Below, in pieces: positions 46,127 through 55,233 of a DNA stretch of 64,000 bases. The number at the start of each line of letters is the position of its first letter. Within the stretch, counting starts at the first letter, position 1. The translations under genes were made by a program, and so were the position numbers. The notes beneath the pieces are model-generated. The model saw only the letters and a list, made by a program, of their open reading frames with translations, had not been told where the DNA came from and did no database searches. Origin of the DNA: Treponema sp. Its GTDB lineage: Bacteria > Spirochaetota > Spirochaetia > Treponematales > Treponemataceae. Location of the stretch: positions 2,919 to 66,918 of the forward strand of contig NZ_JAILGZ010000084.1 in the NCBI RefSeq assembly GCF_024696245.1, written 5' to 3'.

Positions 46127-48045
46127 ACGGCTTCTTTCAAAAAAAACGTTTTATAACCGTACTTACAGTTTTTGTTCTTTTTACCGGATATACAATCTGG
46201 AATTTTATACAGCTTTCCTTTGTAAAAAAGCAGCCTGCTGACGAAATCACAAAAACACAGGATTATGAAAGAGGTTCAATCGTAGACAGAAACGGCAAAT
46301 CTCTTGCGGTACAAACAACCTTCTACACACTGGCAGTAACTGCAAAAAACGTACCGTCTCCGGAAGAATTTGTTAAGGACATAGCAAAAATCATTGATAT
46401 TGATCAGCTTCAGACAGTAGAAAAAATAAAAAATTCCATAAAAAGCCCGTCTACACCCTTAAAAAAGAAAATTACCCAGGACGAATATAAAGCCCTGCTG
46501 AAACTATTTGATGAAAAGAATTACCGCAGTTTCTGGAGACTGGACAAAGTTCCGGGAAGAATCTATCCGGAAAACTCACTTGCAAGCCAGCTTATAGGCT
46601 ACATGGGAATAGAAGGTTCAGGACTGTCAGGTATTGAATTAAGTCAGGACAAGCTTCTTTCTCCAGACCGGGATAAATCAAAGGAAGCAGAAAAAGACTC
46701 CGGTCAGGAAGAAAAATCTGATGACAATCTCAGGTCTACTCAGAATGTTTACCTGACCATTGATTCATCCCTTCAGTATAAACTTGAACAGATTGCAGGG
46801 AATGCCATGAAGGAACACCAGGCAGAAAGCGTAATCCTTATTGCTTCCTATGCCAAAACGGGAGAAATTCTTTCATATATTACCCTTCCTTCTGCCAACC
46901 TTAATGACTACACATCTTACCCGGCAGAATGCAGGATAGACAGACCTGCAGTTACAGTTTACGAACCAGGAAGTGTATTCAAGATTTTTTCTGTAGCAGC
47001 CTTCCTTGACAACGGTTCAATTACACCGGATGACAGCTTCAAATGTGACGGAGTATATTCAAGAAAAACCTCCGGTGGCGAAGTAATCCGTATAAAATGT
47101 CTTGACCACCACGGTTACCTTACGGCAAAGGGAGCCCTTAAGTATTCATGTAATGACGCCCTTGCCCAGATGAGTGAAACTATAAATACAGATACATTCC
47201 TTGAATACCTCCACAACTTTGGCTTTGGAGAAAAAACAGGTGTTGAACTGCCTTCAGAAACCAAGGGAATTATAAAGGACCAGAATGATAAGTTATGGTC
47301 TGCCCGTTCCAAGCCTACTATTTCCATCGGTCAGGAAATTTCTGTAAGTGCCCTTCAGATGGTACAGGCTGCAACTGTAATTGCCAACAGGGGTGTAAAA
47401 GTGCCCCTTACCTTTATTCACCGTATTACGGATGCAGAAGGAACTACAACCTACAGCCACCAGACAAGCAAGGGGCAAAGGGTTATAAGTGAATCTACTG
47501 CAAAATATATACTGGAATGTATGGAAACCACTGCAAGAAGCGGTACAGGTACAAAAGCTTCCCTTAAAGATATTTCCATTGGTGTTAAAACCGGTACAGC
47601 CCAGATGACAGACCCTTCTACAGGAAGGTACAGTACTACAGACTTTATTTCCAACTGTATGGCAGTATTCCCTGTAGAAAATCCGGAAATAGTTCTTTAT
47701 ATCGTTATAGAAAAACCAAAGGGAGAAACCTATGCCGGCCGTATTGTTGCCCCTGTAATTGCCCAGGCAGCAGACGAAATTATTGACTACCTGGGAATGA
47801 ACAGGGATCAGGCCCCTTCTTTTGAACATTCAGGATATGTAACCATAGAAGGTTCTTCCCCAATTCAGGTTGAATCCACAGTACCGGACTTTACAGGAAG
47901 ACCAAAAAGAGACCTTCTTTCACTCCTTAAGTCAGGCACCATTAAATTTGAGATTCATGGTGAAGGATGGGTTGTAAAACAGAATCCTCCTGCAGGAAGC
48001 CCTGTTACAAAGGACATGACAATTGAACTCTATCTTGAACACTAA
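46117..48045 (+). CDS. class B penicillin-binding protein (transpeptidase) with C-terminal PASTA domain
   Basis: SVFK (SxxK), SCND (SxN), KTGTA. The PASTA-like tail is VPDFTGRPKRDLLSLL...VVKQNPPAGSPV. It overlaps the lepB stop by 10 nt. Confidence 0.9.
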   Translation: MQVNGFFQKKRFITVLTVFVLFTGYTIWNFIQLSFVKKQPADEITKTQDYERGSIVDRNGKSLAVQTTFYTLAVTAKNVPSPEEFVKDIAKIIDIDQLQTVEKIKNSIKSPSTPLKKKITQDEYKALLKLFDEKNYRSFWRLDKVPGRIYPENSLASQLIGYMGIEGSGLSGIELSQDKLLSPDRDKSKEAEKDSGQEEKSDDNLRSTQNVYLTIDSSLQYKLEQIAGNAMKEHQAESVILIASYAKTGEILSYITLPSANLNDYTSYPAECRIDRPAVTVYEPGSVFKIFSVAAFLDNGSITPDDSFKCDGVYSRKTSGGEVIRIKCLDHHGYLTAKGALKYSCNDALAQMSETINTDTFLEYLHNFGFGEKTGVELPSETKGIIKDQNDKLWSARSKPTISIGQEISVSALQMVQAATVIANRGVKVPLTFIHRITDAEGTTTYSHQTSKGQRVISESTAKYILECMETTARSGTGTKASLKDISIGVKTGTAQMTDPSTGRYSTTDFISNCMAVFPVENPEIVLYIVIEKPKGETYAGRIVAPVIAQAADEIIDYLGMNRDQAPSFEHSGYVTIEGSSPIQVESTVPDFTGRPKRDLLSLLKSGTIKFEIHGEGWVVKQNPPAGSPVTKDMTIELYLEH

Positions 48046-49864
48046 TCTGGACTTATTCAGACAGAGATTCCCAGGCCTTTATGAAATAAGTAAGGCAGAT
48101 TCTTCTCAGGAATTTATTACTACTCCTGCAAAAAACGGAGAATATACAGCCTCTTTTAAAGGAAACTGGCTGCATTCAAGATATAATCCCTCCGGAGAAG
48201 CCCTTAAACTGATACAGGATTTTGATGAAGACAAATATGAATCTGCCCTTTTTTTAGGAAGCGGTCTTCTTTATGCTCCGGAATTACTTGCAGAAAAAGC
48301 TCCTGACAGCCAGATTATTATAGTTGAATCAGATCCTTCTGCCTTTTACGCAGCCCTTGCCTGCCGTTCCCTGGAAAAGCTTTTTAAGCATCCAAAACTG
48401 GCCTTAATACTTACAAAAGATTCTGAAGAAGCTGCTTCTGCCCTTAAAAATTTCAGTGCAGGAGGAATGAAAGTTTATTCTTTTCCAAGCCTGACTGCCT
48501 CTAATAAAAACTGGTATGAAGCTATAAAACTTTCTGTAGAAAAATCTGCTGAAAGGGAAAAGGTAAATGTAAAGACCCTGGAACGCTTTTCTTCCCTCTG
48601 GCTTAAAAACAGCTGCAAAAATTTAAGAAAGAGTTTTACTTTAGACGGAATAAATAAATTTAAGGATATGGCAGGGGATATTCCCTTTACAATCATTGCT
48701 GCAGGTCCAAGTCTGGAAAAGATTCTTCCCTACATGGAAGAAATTAAAAAGAGAAGCATAATAGTTTGTGTAGACACTGCCCTTCATGCCCTTCTTGCAA
48801 AAAATGTTGAACCGGACTTTATTGTTCTTGTAGACCCCCAGTATGTATGCGCCCTTCACCTGGAATTTTTAAAGGCTCCATCTTCCATTCTTATAGCAGA
48901 AAGTGCAGTTTACCCTTCAGTATTACGTTTTGAATGTAAGGAAAGGGTTTTATGTTCCTCAAACTTTCCTATGGGTAAATATTTTGAATCCTATCTGGGA
49001 GAAAAAGGAAGGCTGGGTGCCGGAGGAAGTGTTGCAACCGTTGCCTGGGATTTTGCAAGGTTCTGCGGGGCTAAAAGAATATATATAGCTGCCATGGACC
49101 TGGGATTTCCGGGAAAGCAGACCCATATAAAAGGTTCACAATTTGAAGAAAAGGCCCACGTAAATTCAATAAGAACAAATACTGCAGAAACCTTTAGTAC
49201 CGGCTACCTTATGAGTGCGCCCTTAAAAAAAGCCCTTAATTATGAAAACAAGGAAATACTTACAGACTTAAGGATGACCATATTCTCTTCCTGGTTTGAA
49301 GCATCCTGCAGTAATGCCCTTATAAAGGGACAAAAAACCTATTCCCTTACATCCGACAGTCTTGCTATTAAGGGAATAGAAAAATCCGGTCTGGATCAAT
49401 TTCTTAACGAAGGGCTGCTGGACAATAAAGGCAAGGACAGCAGAAATGATTTTTTTGCCAGGGCAGAAAAAGAAAAAGCCAGATTAAAGGAAGAAGAGGC
49501 TAAAAAAGAAGGTCCTGATTTTGACCAGGTATTAAAGCTTTTTTTATCCCAGCTTAATTTTCTTACTTGCAATGCAGATGAAGGCTTAAAAATCTGCCGC
49601 AATGCCGTAAATGACCTTAAAAAGAAAAAGTCTGTAAATACACCTGTCCTCTTTAATAAACTTGAAGATATAGATAAAAAAATACTTACATCATCTGCAA
49701 AAAATGCAGCTGCCCTTGTTTTTCCTACAAAAGACCAGCTGGACAAGCTTACTGTGGGACTTTCCCAGGACAAGGTAATCTGCCAGTTTGAGTATTCCGG
49801 AATAGTCTACAAAAGTATAAAAGAAGCATGCTCCTCTTATATTGAACTTCTTGCCGGCTGCTAA
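48023..49864 (+). CDS. Maf-like / DUF115 (MptE-like) family protein, motility-associated glycosyltransferase type
   Basis: Core FTIIAAGPSLEKILPYMEEIKKRSIIVCVDTALHALLAKNVEPDFIVLVDPQ. The N-terminus NLDLFRQRFPGLYE is typical of Maf proteins. TTG start overlaps the PBP gene by 23 nt. Confidence 0.7.
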   Translation: MNSILNTNLDLFRQRFPGLYEISKADSSQEFITTPAKNGEYTASFKGNWLHSRYNPSGEALKLIQDFDEDKYESALFLGSGLLYAPELLAEKAPDSQIIIVESDPSAFYAALACRSLEKLFKHPKLALILTKDSEEAASALKNFSAGGMKVYSFPSLTASNKNWYEAIKLSVEKSAEREKVNVKTLERFSSLWLKNSCKNLRKSFTLDGINKFKDMAGDIPFTIIAAGPSLEKILPYMEEIKKRSIIVCVDTALHALLAKNVEPDFIVLVDPQYVCALHLEFLKAPSSILIAESAVYPSVLRFECKERVLCSSNFPMGKYFESYLGEKGRLGAGGSVATVAWDFARFCGAKRIYIAAMDLGFPGKQTHIKGSQFEEKAHVNSIRTNTAETFSTGYLMSAPLKKALNYENKEILTDLRMTIFSSWFEASCSNALIKGQKTYSLTSDSLAIKGIEKSGLDQFLNEGLLDNKGKDSRNDFFARAEKEKARLKEEEAKKEGPDFDQVLKLFLSQLNFLTCNADEGLKICRNAVNDLKKKKSVNTPVLFNKLEDIDKKILTSSAKNAAALVFPTKDQLDKLTVGLSQDKVICQFEYSGIVYKSIKEACSSYIELLAGC

Positions 49865-50033
49865 AAAAAATCCCTGATTTTTTAAAAAAGCCCTTATGTT
49901 TTTTTGACCGGGTCCGATAATAAAAGAGTACTGTGATAACAGTCACGCTGAGAGTGGACAGACAATGAAGTACGGACGGTCATTACGACATCCAGACGCC
50001 CGTGCCTTGTGTAATTCATATCTCCATCCGAAG

Positions 50034-50073
50034 AGGCCCATGTGGAAGTTTTCCGGGGCCTTTTCTTTGTTTT
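50034..50073 (+). terminator. intrinsic terminator-like hairpin ~60 nt upstream of the HD-GYP gene
   Basis: aggccc...gggcct outer stem with an inner ggaa/gtt/ttcc stem, followed by ttttctttgtttt. Confidence 0.6.
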
Positions 50074-50134
50074 AAAAGCCCTGGCTGATTAAAGAAAATA
50101 CCCATTCATGCCGATAAGAAATCTGAGGTATTCT

Positions 50135-51391
50135 ATGGAAAATCTGCAGATAGCTTCCCTGAAGGCAGGAGACTGCCACAAAACAGCATTAAAACTTGAT
50201 TCTCTCTTTCTGGTAACCCTTCCACCATGTCCTATTACTGATGATCTTATTAAGGCCCTTACTGAATGGCAGTTTACGGAACTTGAAGAAAGTCAGGAAG
50301 AAAGCGGCAGTACATTTACAGAAGAAGATGTTCAGGAAAAACCTCAGGCAGTAAAAGCTGCACCACACATAGAACTGGAAACCTCAGACATTACTTCAGA
50401 TTTTATTGACGAAGAAGAAAATCCTGCCCTTACGGCAATAAAGGCAAAGCTTGCAGAGCTTACGGCAAAAGTAGATGAATGTAAGGATGACAAAATAGAA
50501 GCCGTTAGAAACGTATACAATTCCTACATGACATACATCCACTGGATTTTTATGCACTATGCCAGTCATAAAAAACTTAACATTAAGGAAATCATGGACA
50601 CTGTTTCAAGATTCGTTAAGTTTGTAAAAGAAAACCAGCAGACCATGCTCAGGGTTTCTCCTAGTGAAGAAAGTTATGTAAAAAACATGATTATCAGCCA
50701 TTCAATCCGTTCTGCAGTAATAGCAACTGCCATTTCCATCAGGCTTAATATGCCGGAAGAAAAACTGGTAGAACTGGCAACAGCTACAATTCTTCACGAA
50801 ATAGGACAGATAAGGATTCCTCCGCAGTTTTACATGAAGGACCACAAACTTACCGCCAGCGAAAAAGCTCAGATGAATACTCATCCTATTATCAGCTATA
50901 ACATCCTTAAGGAAGCAAACTTTCCATTAAGCATACAGCTGGCTGCCCTGGAACACCACGAAAGGGAAAACGGATCCGGCTATCCAAGACACATTACAGG
51001 AGATAAGATTTCACTTTACTCAAAGATTATTTCCGTTGCCTGTTCCTTTGAAGCAATTACAGCCCCAAGAACTTACAAGGATGAACGCAATACTTACGCT
51101 GCAATGGTTGAACTGCTTAAAAATGACAACAATGCTTACGACCCTATTGTACTTAAAGCACTTCTTGTTACACTTTCCATTTTCCCTATAGGTTCTTATG
51201 TTTACCTTTCTAACGGAAAGATTGCCCAGGTTGTAGATACCAATCCTACTGACCCTAAAAACCCTGTTGTTCAGATTGCAGGTGATAACAGTCCGGAAGG
51301 AAAGATTCAGACCAGTGACAACGGTATAAAAATTGTAAGGGCAATGAATAAAAAAGAAACTGAAGACTTCCTTGCAGCAATGAAAAAATAA
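50135..51391 (+). CDS. HD-GYP domain protein with non-canonical metal-ligand motifs
   Basis: HHERENGSGYPRH (the GYP motif is intact), but LHEIGQ stands in place of HDIGK and VACSFEA in place of the usual VAD.FDA. The ATG at 50135 (MENLQ) has SD GAGGT 5 nt upstream. Confidence 0.8.
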   Translation: MENLQIASLKAGDCHKTALKLDSLFLVTLPPCPITDDLIKALTEWQFTELEESQEESGSTFTEEDVQEKPQAVKAAPHIELETSDITSDFIDEEENPALTAIKAKLAELTAKVDECKDDKIEAVRNVYNSYMTYIHWIFMHYASHKKLNIKEIMDTVSRFVKFVKENQQTMLRVSPSEESYVKNMIISHSIRSAVIATAISIRLNMPEEKLVELATATILHEIGQIRIPPQFYMKDHKLTASEKAQMNTHPIISYNILKEANFPLSIQLAALEHHERENGSGYPRHITGDKISLYSKIISVACSFEAITAPRTYKDERNTYAAMVELLKNDNNAYDPIVLKALLVTLSIFPIGSYVYLSNGKIAQVVDTNPTDPKNPVVQIAGDNSPEGKIQTSDNGIKIVRAMNKKETEDFLAAMKK

Positions 51392-51437
51392 AAAAATCCG
51401 TCTATTCCTGAAGGTTTATATTCAGTAATAAACGGAT
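51386..51437 (-). terminator. terminator of the aldo/keto reductase gene
   Basis: Two-tier hairpin atccgt...ctgaa/ttcag...acggat. On the minus strand it is followed by a T-run that overlaps the HD-GYP stop codon. Confidence 0.45.
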
Positions 51438-51486
51438 CTTCTGTAAAAACAAAACAAATTACTTCTTAAAAAATCACTTATTGGAA

Positions 51487-52266
51487 TCAGTTAAAGAAAT
51501 CCCTTACCTTCTCTACCTCTGCCTGAAACTTTTCATCAATTACAGGGGGATGAGAATTAAAGTAAAGAAGCTGGTCAAGTTCATTCTGAGTATGAACGCC
51601 CCATACAGGTACAACATTTTCATACTGATGTAGAAAACCAAAGGCCAGGGGTATATTGCTTAAAACGCCGCCATTTAAAGGCTGCATAGCTATACAGCCG
51701 GTATCATTTTGAGCACAGAGCTTTACAATATCCAGGACCCCAGCTTCTGTAAGCATGTTAAAAGGAAACTGAACTGTTTCGTAAAGTCCGCTTTTAACTG
51801 CTTCTAAGGCTGTCTGATGATTATAAGTTGCCAGACCTATATGAGAAACGATTCCCTCTTCTTTAAGGGAAAGAAGTTTTTTATATCCTTCATCACTGCA
51901 GTTAAGCCCAGGTACTTCTGAATCACATTCAACCTGATAAAGATCAATTGTATCCGTATCAAGAGACTCAAGACTTAAATCAATATCCTTCTGAATACCA
52001 TCCGGGGTAAGTGAAGATGTTTTACTTGCAAGAAAAACGTTGGACCTGATGCCGTGAAGGGCTCTGGCAAGACGCTGTTCACACAAAGGTTTTGATCTGG
52101 CTACATCAAAAAAATTAATTCCTGCAGCATAAGACTGGTGAACAAGGGCACACACCATTTCTTCAGGGTCAGGAGCGGACTCTATTTCCTTACAGTCCAG
52201 GCTCATTCCCCCAAAGGCAGTGCGGCTAACCAGAAGATTCGTTTTTCCAAGGGTAACGAATTCCAT
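51487..52266 (-). CDS. aldo/keto reductase family oxidoreductase
   Basis: MEFVTLGKTNLLVSRTAFGGMSL N-terminus and overall AKR pattern. 259 aa. Confidence 0.8.
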   Translation of the reverse strand: MEFVTLGKTNLLVSRTAFGGMSLDCKEIESAPDPEEMVCALVHQSYAAGINFFDVARSKPLCEQRLARALHGIRSNVFLASKTSSLTPDGIQKDIDLSLESLDTDTIDLYQVECDSEVPGLNCSDEGYKKLLSLKEEGIVSHIGLATYNHQTALEAVKSGLYETVQFPFNMLTEAGVLDIVKLCAQNDTGCIAMQPLNGGVLSNIPLAFGFLHQYENVVPVWGVHTQNELDQLLYFNSHPPVIDEKFQAEVEKVRDFFN

Positions 52267-52273
52267 CTGGTTA

Positions 52274-53749
52274 TTATCTCTGTACCGGCTTATATTCTTT
52301 TATTGCTTTCTGAATGAACATTGTAAGTTCACTAAGGGCAACCCTTTCCTGCTTCATGCTGTCACGGAAACGTACTGTTACAGTATTGAAGTTTGGATTA
52401 GCAGAACCATCTTCGTTCTTTTCGTTGATTGTATCGTAGTCAACAGTTACGCAGTATGGAGTACCAACTTCATCCTGGCGGCGGTAACGCTTACCTACTG
52501 TACCAGAAAGATCATAATCAGTAACAAAATCTTCCTTAAGAAGGTGCTGGATTTCCTTAGCTTTTTCTGCAAGACCGTCTTTCTTCATAAGAGGAAGAAC
52601 GGCTACAGTAACAGGTGCAAGGCGTGGATCAAGGTGAAGTACTGTACGATAATCATCTTTTCCGTCTGTACCAACATTTTCTTCTTCATAAGCTTCACAA
52701 AGGAACATAAGGAAGTTACGGTTAAGACCGGCAGATGTTTCTACTACATAAGGAATGTAGCGTTTGTTTCCGTCTTCCTGATCAATGTAGTTCATGTCTT
52801 TCTTTGAATATTCCATGTGCTGTGAAAGGTCAAAGTCTGTACGGCTGTGAATACCTTCTACTTCTTCAAAACCAATAGGGAAATTGTAAGTAATATCGTA
52901 AGCATCCTTTGCATAGTGGGCAAGCTTGTCATGGTGATGCCACTTAAGGTTCTTTTCTGCAATACCGTACTTAAGGTAGAAGTTCCAGCGGTCCTTTCTC
53001 CATCTGTCAAAAGTTTCGTCTTCTGTACCAGGTTTACAGAAATATTCCATTTCCATCTGTTCAAATTCACAGGTACGGAAAATAAAGTTCTTAAAAATAA
53101 TTTCATTACGGAAAGATTTACCAACCTGAGCAACACCAAAAGGAATCTTCATGCGGTTTGACTGAACGATGCTCTTAAAGTCAGTAAAAATACCCTGACA
53201 GGTTTCTGGACGGAGATAAATAAGATGAGATTCATCTGCAATAGGTCCCTGATAAGTTTTGAACATAAGGTTAAATTCACGTACTGCAGTATACTTGCGG
53301 TTTGTACTTCCACAGGTAGGACAGTTAATATGTTCATCAATAAAAGCCTTCATTTCTTCGTGAGACATTGTGTCTACAGGCTTGTCTGTTTTAAAGTCAT
53401 GGGATGCACACCAGTCTTCAATAAGTTTATCTGCACGATGGCGGGCATTACATTCAAGACAGTCAACCATTGGATCTGAAAAGTGATCTACGTGACCAGA
53501 AGCCTTCCATGTTGTATGGTGCTGGAAAATTGCTGAATCAAGACCAACAACATCATCATGAAGCTGGGTCATATATTTCCACCATGCATTCTGAATATTA
53601 CGCTTAAAATCTACACCAAGAGGACCATAATCCCAGGCACCTGCCTGTCCTCCATAGATTTCTGAAGCCTGATAAACAAAACCCCTTCTTTTACAGAGGG
53701 AAATGATTTTGTCAAGGGTACATGCGTGGGTATCTTTTTCGTTTGCCAT
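52274..53749 (-). CDS. glyQS: glycine--tRNA ligase (alpha2 dimeric type)
   Basis: LCKRRGFVYQASEIYGGQAGAWDYGPLG, class II motifs, C-terminal anticodon-binding domain. Confidence 0.95.
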   Translation of the reverse strand: MANEKDTHACTLDKIISLCKRRGFVYQASEIYGGQAGAWDYGPLGVDFKRNIQNAWWKYMTQLHDDVVGLDSAIFQHHTTWKASGHVDHFSDPMVDCLECNARHRADKLIEDWCASHDFKTDKPVDTMSHEEMKAFIDEHINCPTCGSTNRKYTAVREFNLMFKTYQGPIADESHLIYLRPETCQGIFTDFKSIVQSNRMKIPFGVAQVGKSFRNEIIFKNFIFRTCEFEQMEMEYFCKPGTEDETFDRWRKDRWNFYLKYGIAEKNLKWHHHDKLAHYAKDAYDITYNFPIGFEEVEGIHSRTDFDLSQHMEYSKKDMNYIDQEDGNKRYIPYVVETSAGLNRNFLMFLCEAYEEENVGTDGKDDYRTVLHLDPRLAPVTVAVLPLMKKDGLAEKAKEIQHLLKEDFVTDYDLSGTVGKRYRRQDEVGTPYCVTVDYDTINEKNEDGSANPNFNTVTVRFRDSMKQERVALSELTMFIQKAIKEYKPVQR

Positions 53750-53879
53750 TTTTATATTCTCCTGTTCCGTTACAGGTTTGTAACGGTCTTAAATATTCAA
53801 GATATTATCATAAAGGTTCGTAATTGAAAAGTAGAGGAATTTCCCTAGAGAAGTTTCCTTACTGCCAGAAAAACAGAGC

Positions 53880-54737
53880 CTAACGCTGCTTCCATGGCAT
53901 AAGGGCATTCTTAATTGGATGGGAACCAAGAATTTCCTTTTCCTTTACAAGAAGCTCATTCCAGGGTACATCCTTTTTTTCTTTTGCAGAAAGCTGGGGA
54001 TTTACTTCCAGCCAGTCATACTTATAAAGCCTGATTTTTAATGCATTTGTTGAATTAAAAATAATTCCGCAGAATCCCGGGGCGAGGCCAAAAGTTACAA
54101 CTGAAAGTGCTGCACTTATAAGATTAAGGATAAAAAGCCCGATTGAAAAAAGAGTATTATCAAAAAACAGTATATATGATTTTTTTAAGCTTTTTAAAAG
54201 TGAATTATTCATAAGGCTCATTACCGGAATAAGATACTGAAGGCTTAAAACCGTAACTACAATAAACCAGAAAATAAAGGCTGCAAGAAGAAGGAATACA
54301 AAATTTCCTGTAGAAGAAAAGGACTTTATATAATAAGGAATGCTGTACCTTGCAACGGCAAAAAAGAGGGTAAAAATAAGACCGGCCTTTATTCCATCAG
54401 TAAAAGAAGAAGGAAGGGACTTAAAGAAAGAGCCAAAAGAAACACCCTCTGACCTTGAAGCAGCAGCTGCATTTTTTCCTTCCGCAAAAAGAAGGGTAAA
54501 AATTATTCCGGAAATAACTGTTACAAAGGCAAAATAAATTACAAGGGTAAGAAATGTTCCGGCAGAGAAAAAGCCCTGTAAAAACCAGGCAAGAACTAAA
54601 GCAAGAGAAACAATCATCATGAAAACATTCAGAAGAATTACATGAAAAATGTTTTCCCAAACATCAACAAAATTTTTAACAAGAAAAAACTTAAACATGT
54701 TAAAAAATTTACTGATTTTATTATTTGCCGTCAACAC
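53880..54737 (-). CDS. polytopic membrane protein, unknown function (possibly DUF624/YesL-like)
   Basis: About 6 hydrophobic segments. The GTG start at 54737 is uncertain; the ATG at 54698 (MFKFFLV) is an alternative. Confidence 0.6.
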   Translation of the reverse strand: MLTANNKISKFFNMFKFFLVKNFVDVWENIFHVILLNVFMMIVSLALVLAWFLQGFFSAGTFLTLVIYFAFVTVISGIIFTLLFAEGKNAAAASRSEGVSFGSFFKSLPSSFTDGIKAGLIFTLFFAVARYSIPYYIKSFSSTGNFVFLLLAAFIFWFIVVTVLSLQYLIPVMSLMNNSLLKSLKKSYILFFDNTLFSIGLFILNLISAALSVVTFGLAPGFCGIIFNSTNALKIRLYKYDWLEVNPQLSAKEKKDVPWNELLVKEKEILGSHPIKNALMPWKQR

Positions 54738-54762
54738 AAGATAAGTGTTATAGTCTTTATTT

Positions 54763-55188
54763 ATGGAATATTCTAAAAATCAGGTATTAAACCTTATATC
54801 TCACATTCATACAAAAAGTGCTGAACTCACAAATAAAAAACTGTCTTCAAAAGGAAGCTTTGTCTCTTCCCACGGCTTTATACTTTTTCTTTTATCAGAC
54901 GGAAAAAAACATACCATGGGCAGCATTGCAGAAAGAATAAACCGTACCAAATCAACTACAACAGCCTTAATAAAAAAGCTTATACAGGAAGGTCTTGTAC
55001 AAATGGAAACAAATCAGCAGGACAGCCGGTCCAAGCTTATCTACCTTACTGACAAAGGAAGGGAATATAAAATGTTTACTGACAGTCTTTCCCGCCAGCT
55101 TATGGATATCTGCTGGAAGGGCTTCAGTAAAAATGAACAGGAAGAATTAATGAAACTTCTGGCAAGGCTTTCTGACAATCTGGAATAA
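54763..55188 (+). CDS. MarR-family transcriptional regulator
   Basis: 141 aa. Winged-helix region MGSIAERINRTKSTTTALIKKLIQEGLVQMETNQQDSRSKLIYLTDKG. Confidence 0.88.
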   Translation: MEYSKNQVLNLISHIHTKSAELTNKKLSSKGSFVSSHGFILFLLSDGKKHTMGSIAERINRTKSTTTALIKKLIQEGLVQMETNQQDSRSKLIYLTDKGREYKMFTDSLSRQLMDICWKGFSKNEQEELMKLLARLSDNLE

Positions 55189-55233
55189 AAAAGCCCCGGA
55201 ATCACTTCCAGGGCCTCTGTAATAATTTAGAAC

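Noticed and set aside
49906-50073. Identification of the element as a c-di-GMP-I/II riboswitch, prompted by the downstream HD-GYP gene
   Set aside because: I cannot find the GEMM-I hallmark (..GCAAAC.. / ..ACGCAAAGC..) or the class II core. It is kept only as an unclassified candidate.
49965-50075. 36-codon ORF (MKYGRSLRHPDARALCNSYLHPKRPMWKFSGAFSLF) inside the structured intergenic element
   Set aside because: It has only a weak SD. Its GC-rich codon choice (CGG, CGA, GCC, CCC) is unlike neighbouring genes, and it runs through the terminator hairpin. It is more likely non-coding RNA structure, but this is not excluded.
53750-53879. T-box leaders upstream of glyQS, and likewise upstream of gltX (35019-35152) and leuA
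   Set aside because: The leaders are too short or lack the conserved T-box sequence (AGGGUGGNACCGCG-like) and specifier-loop architecture.
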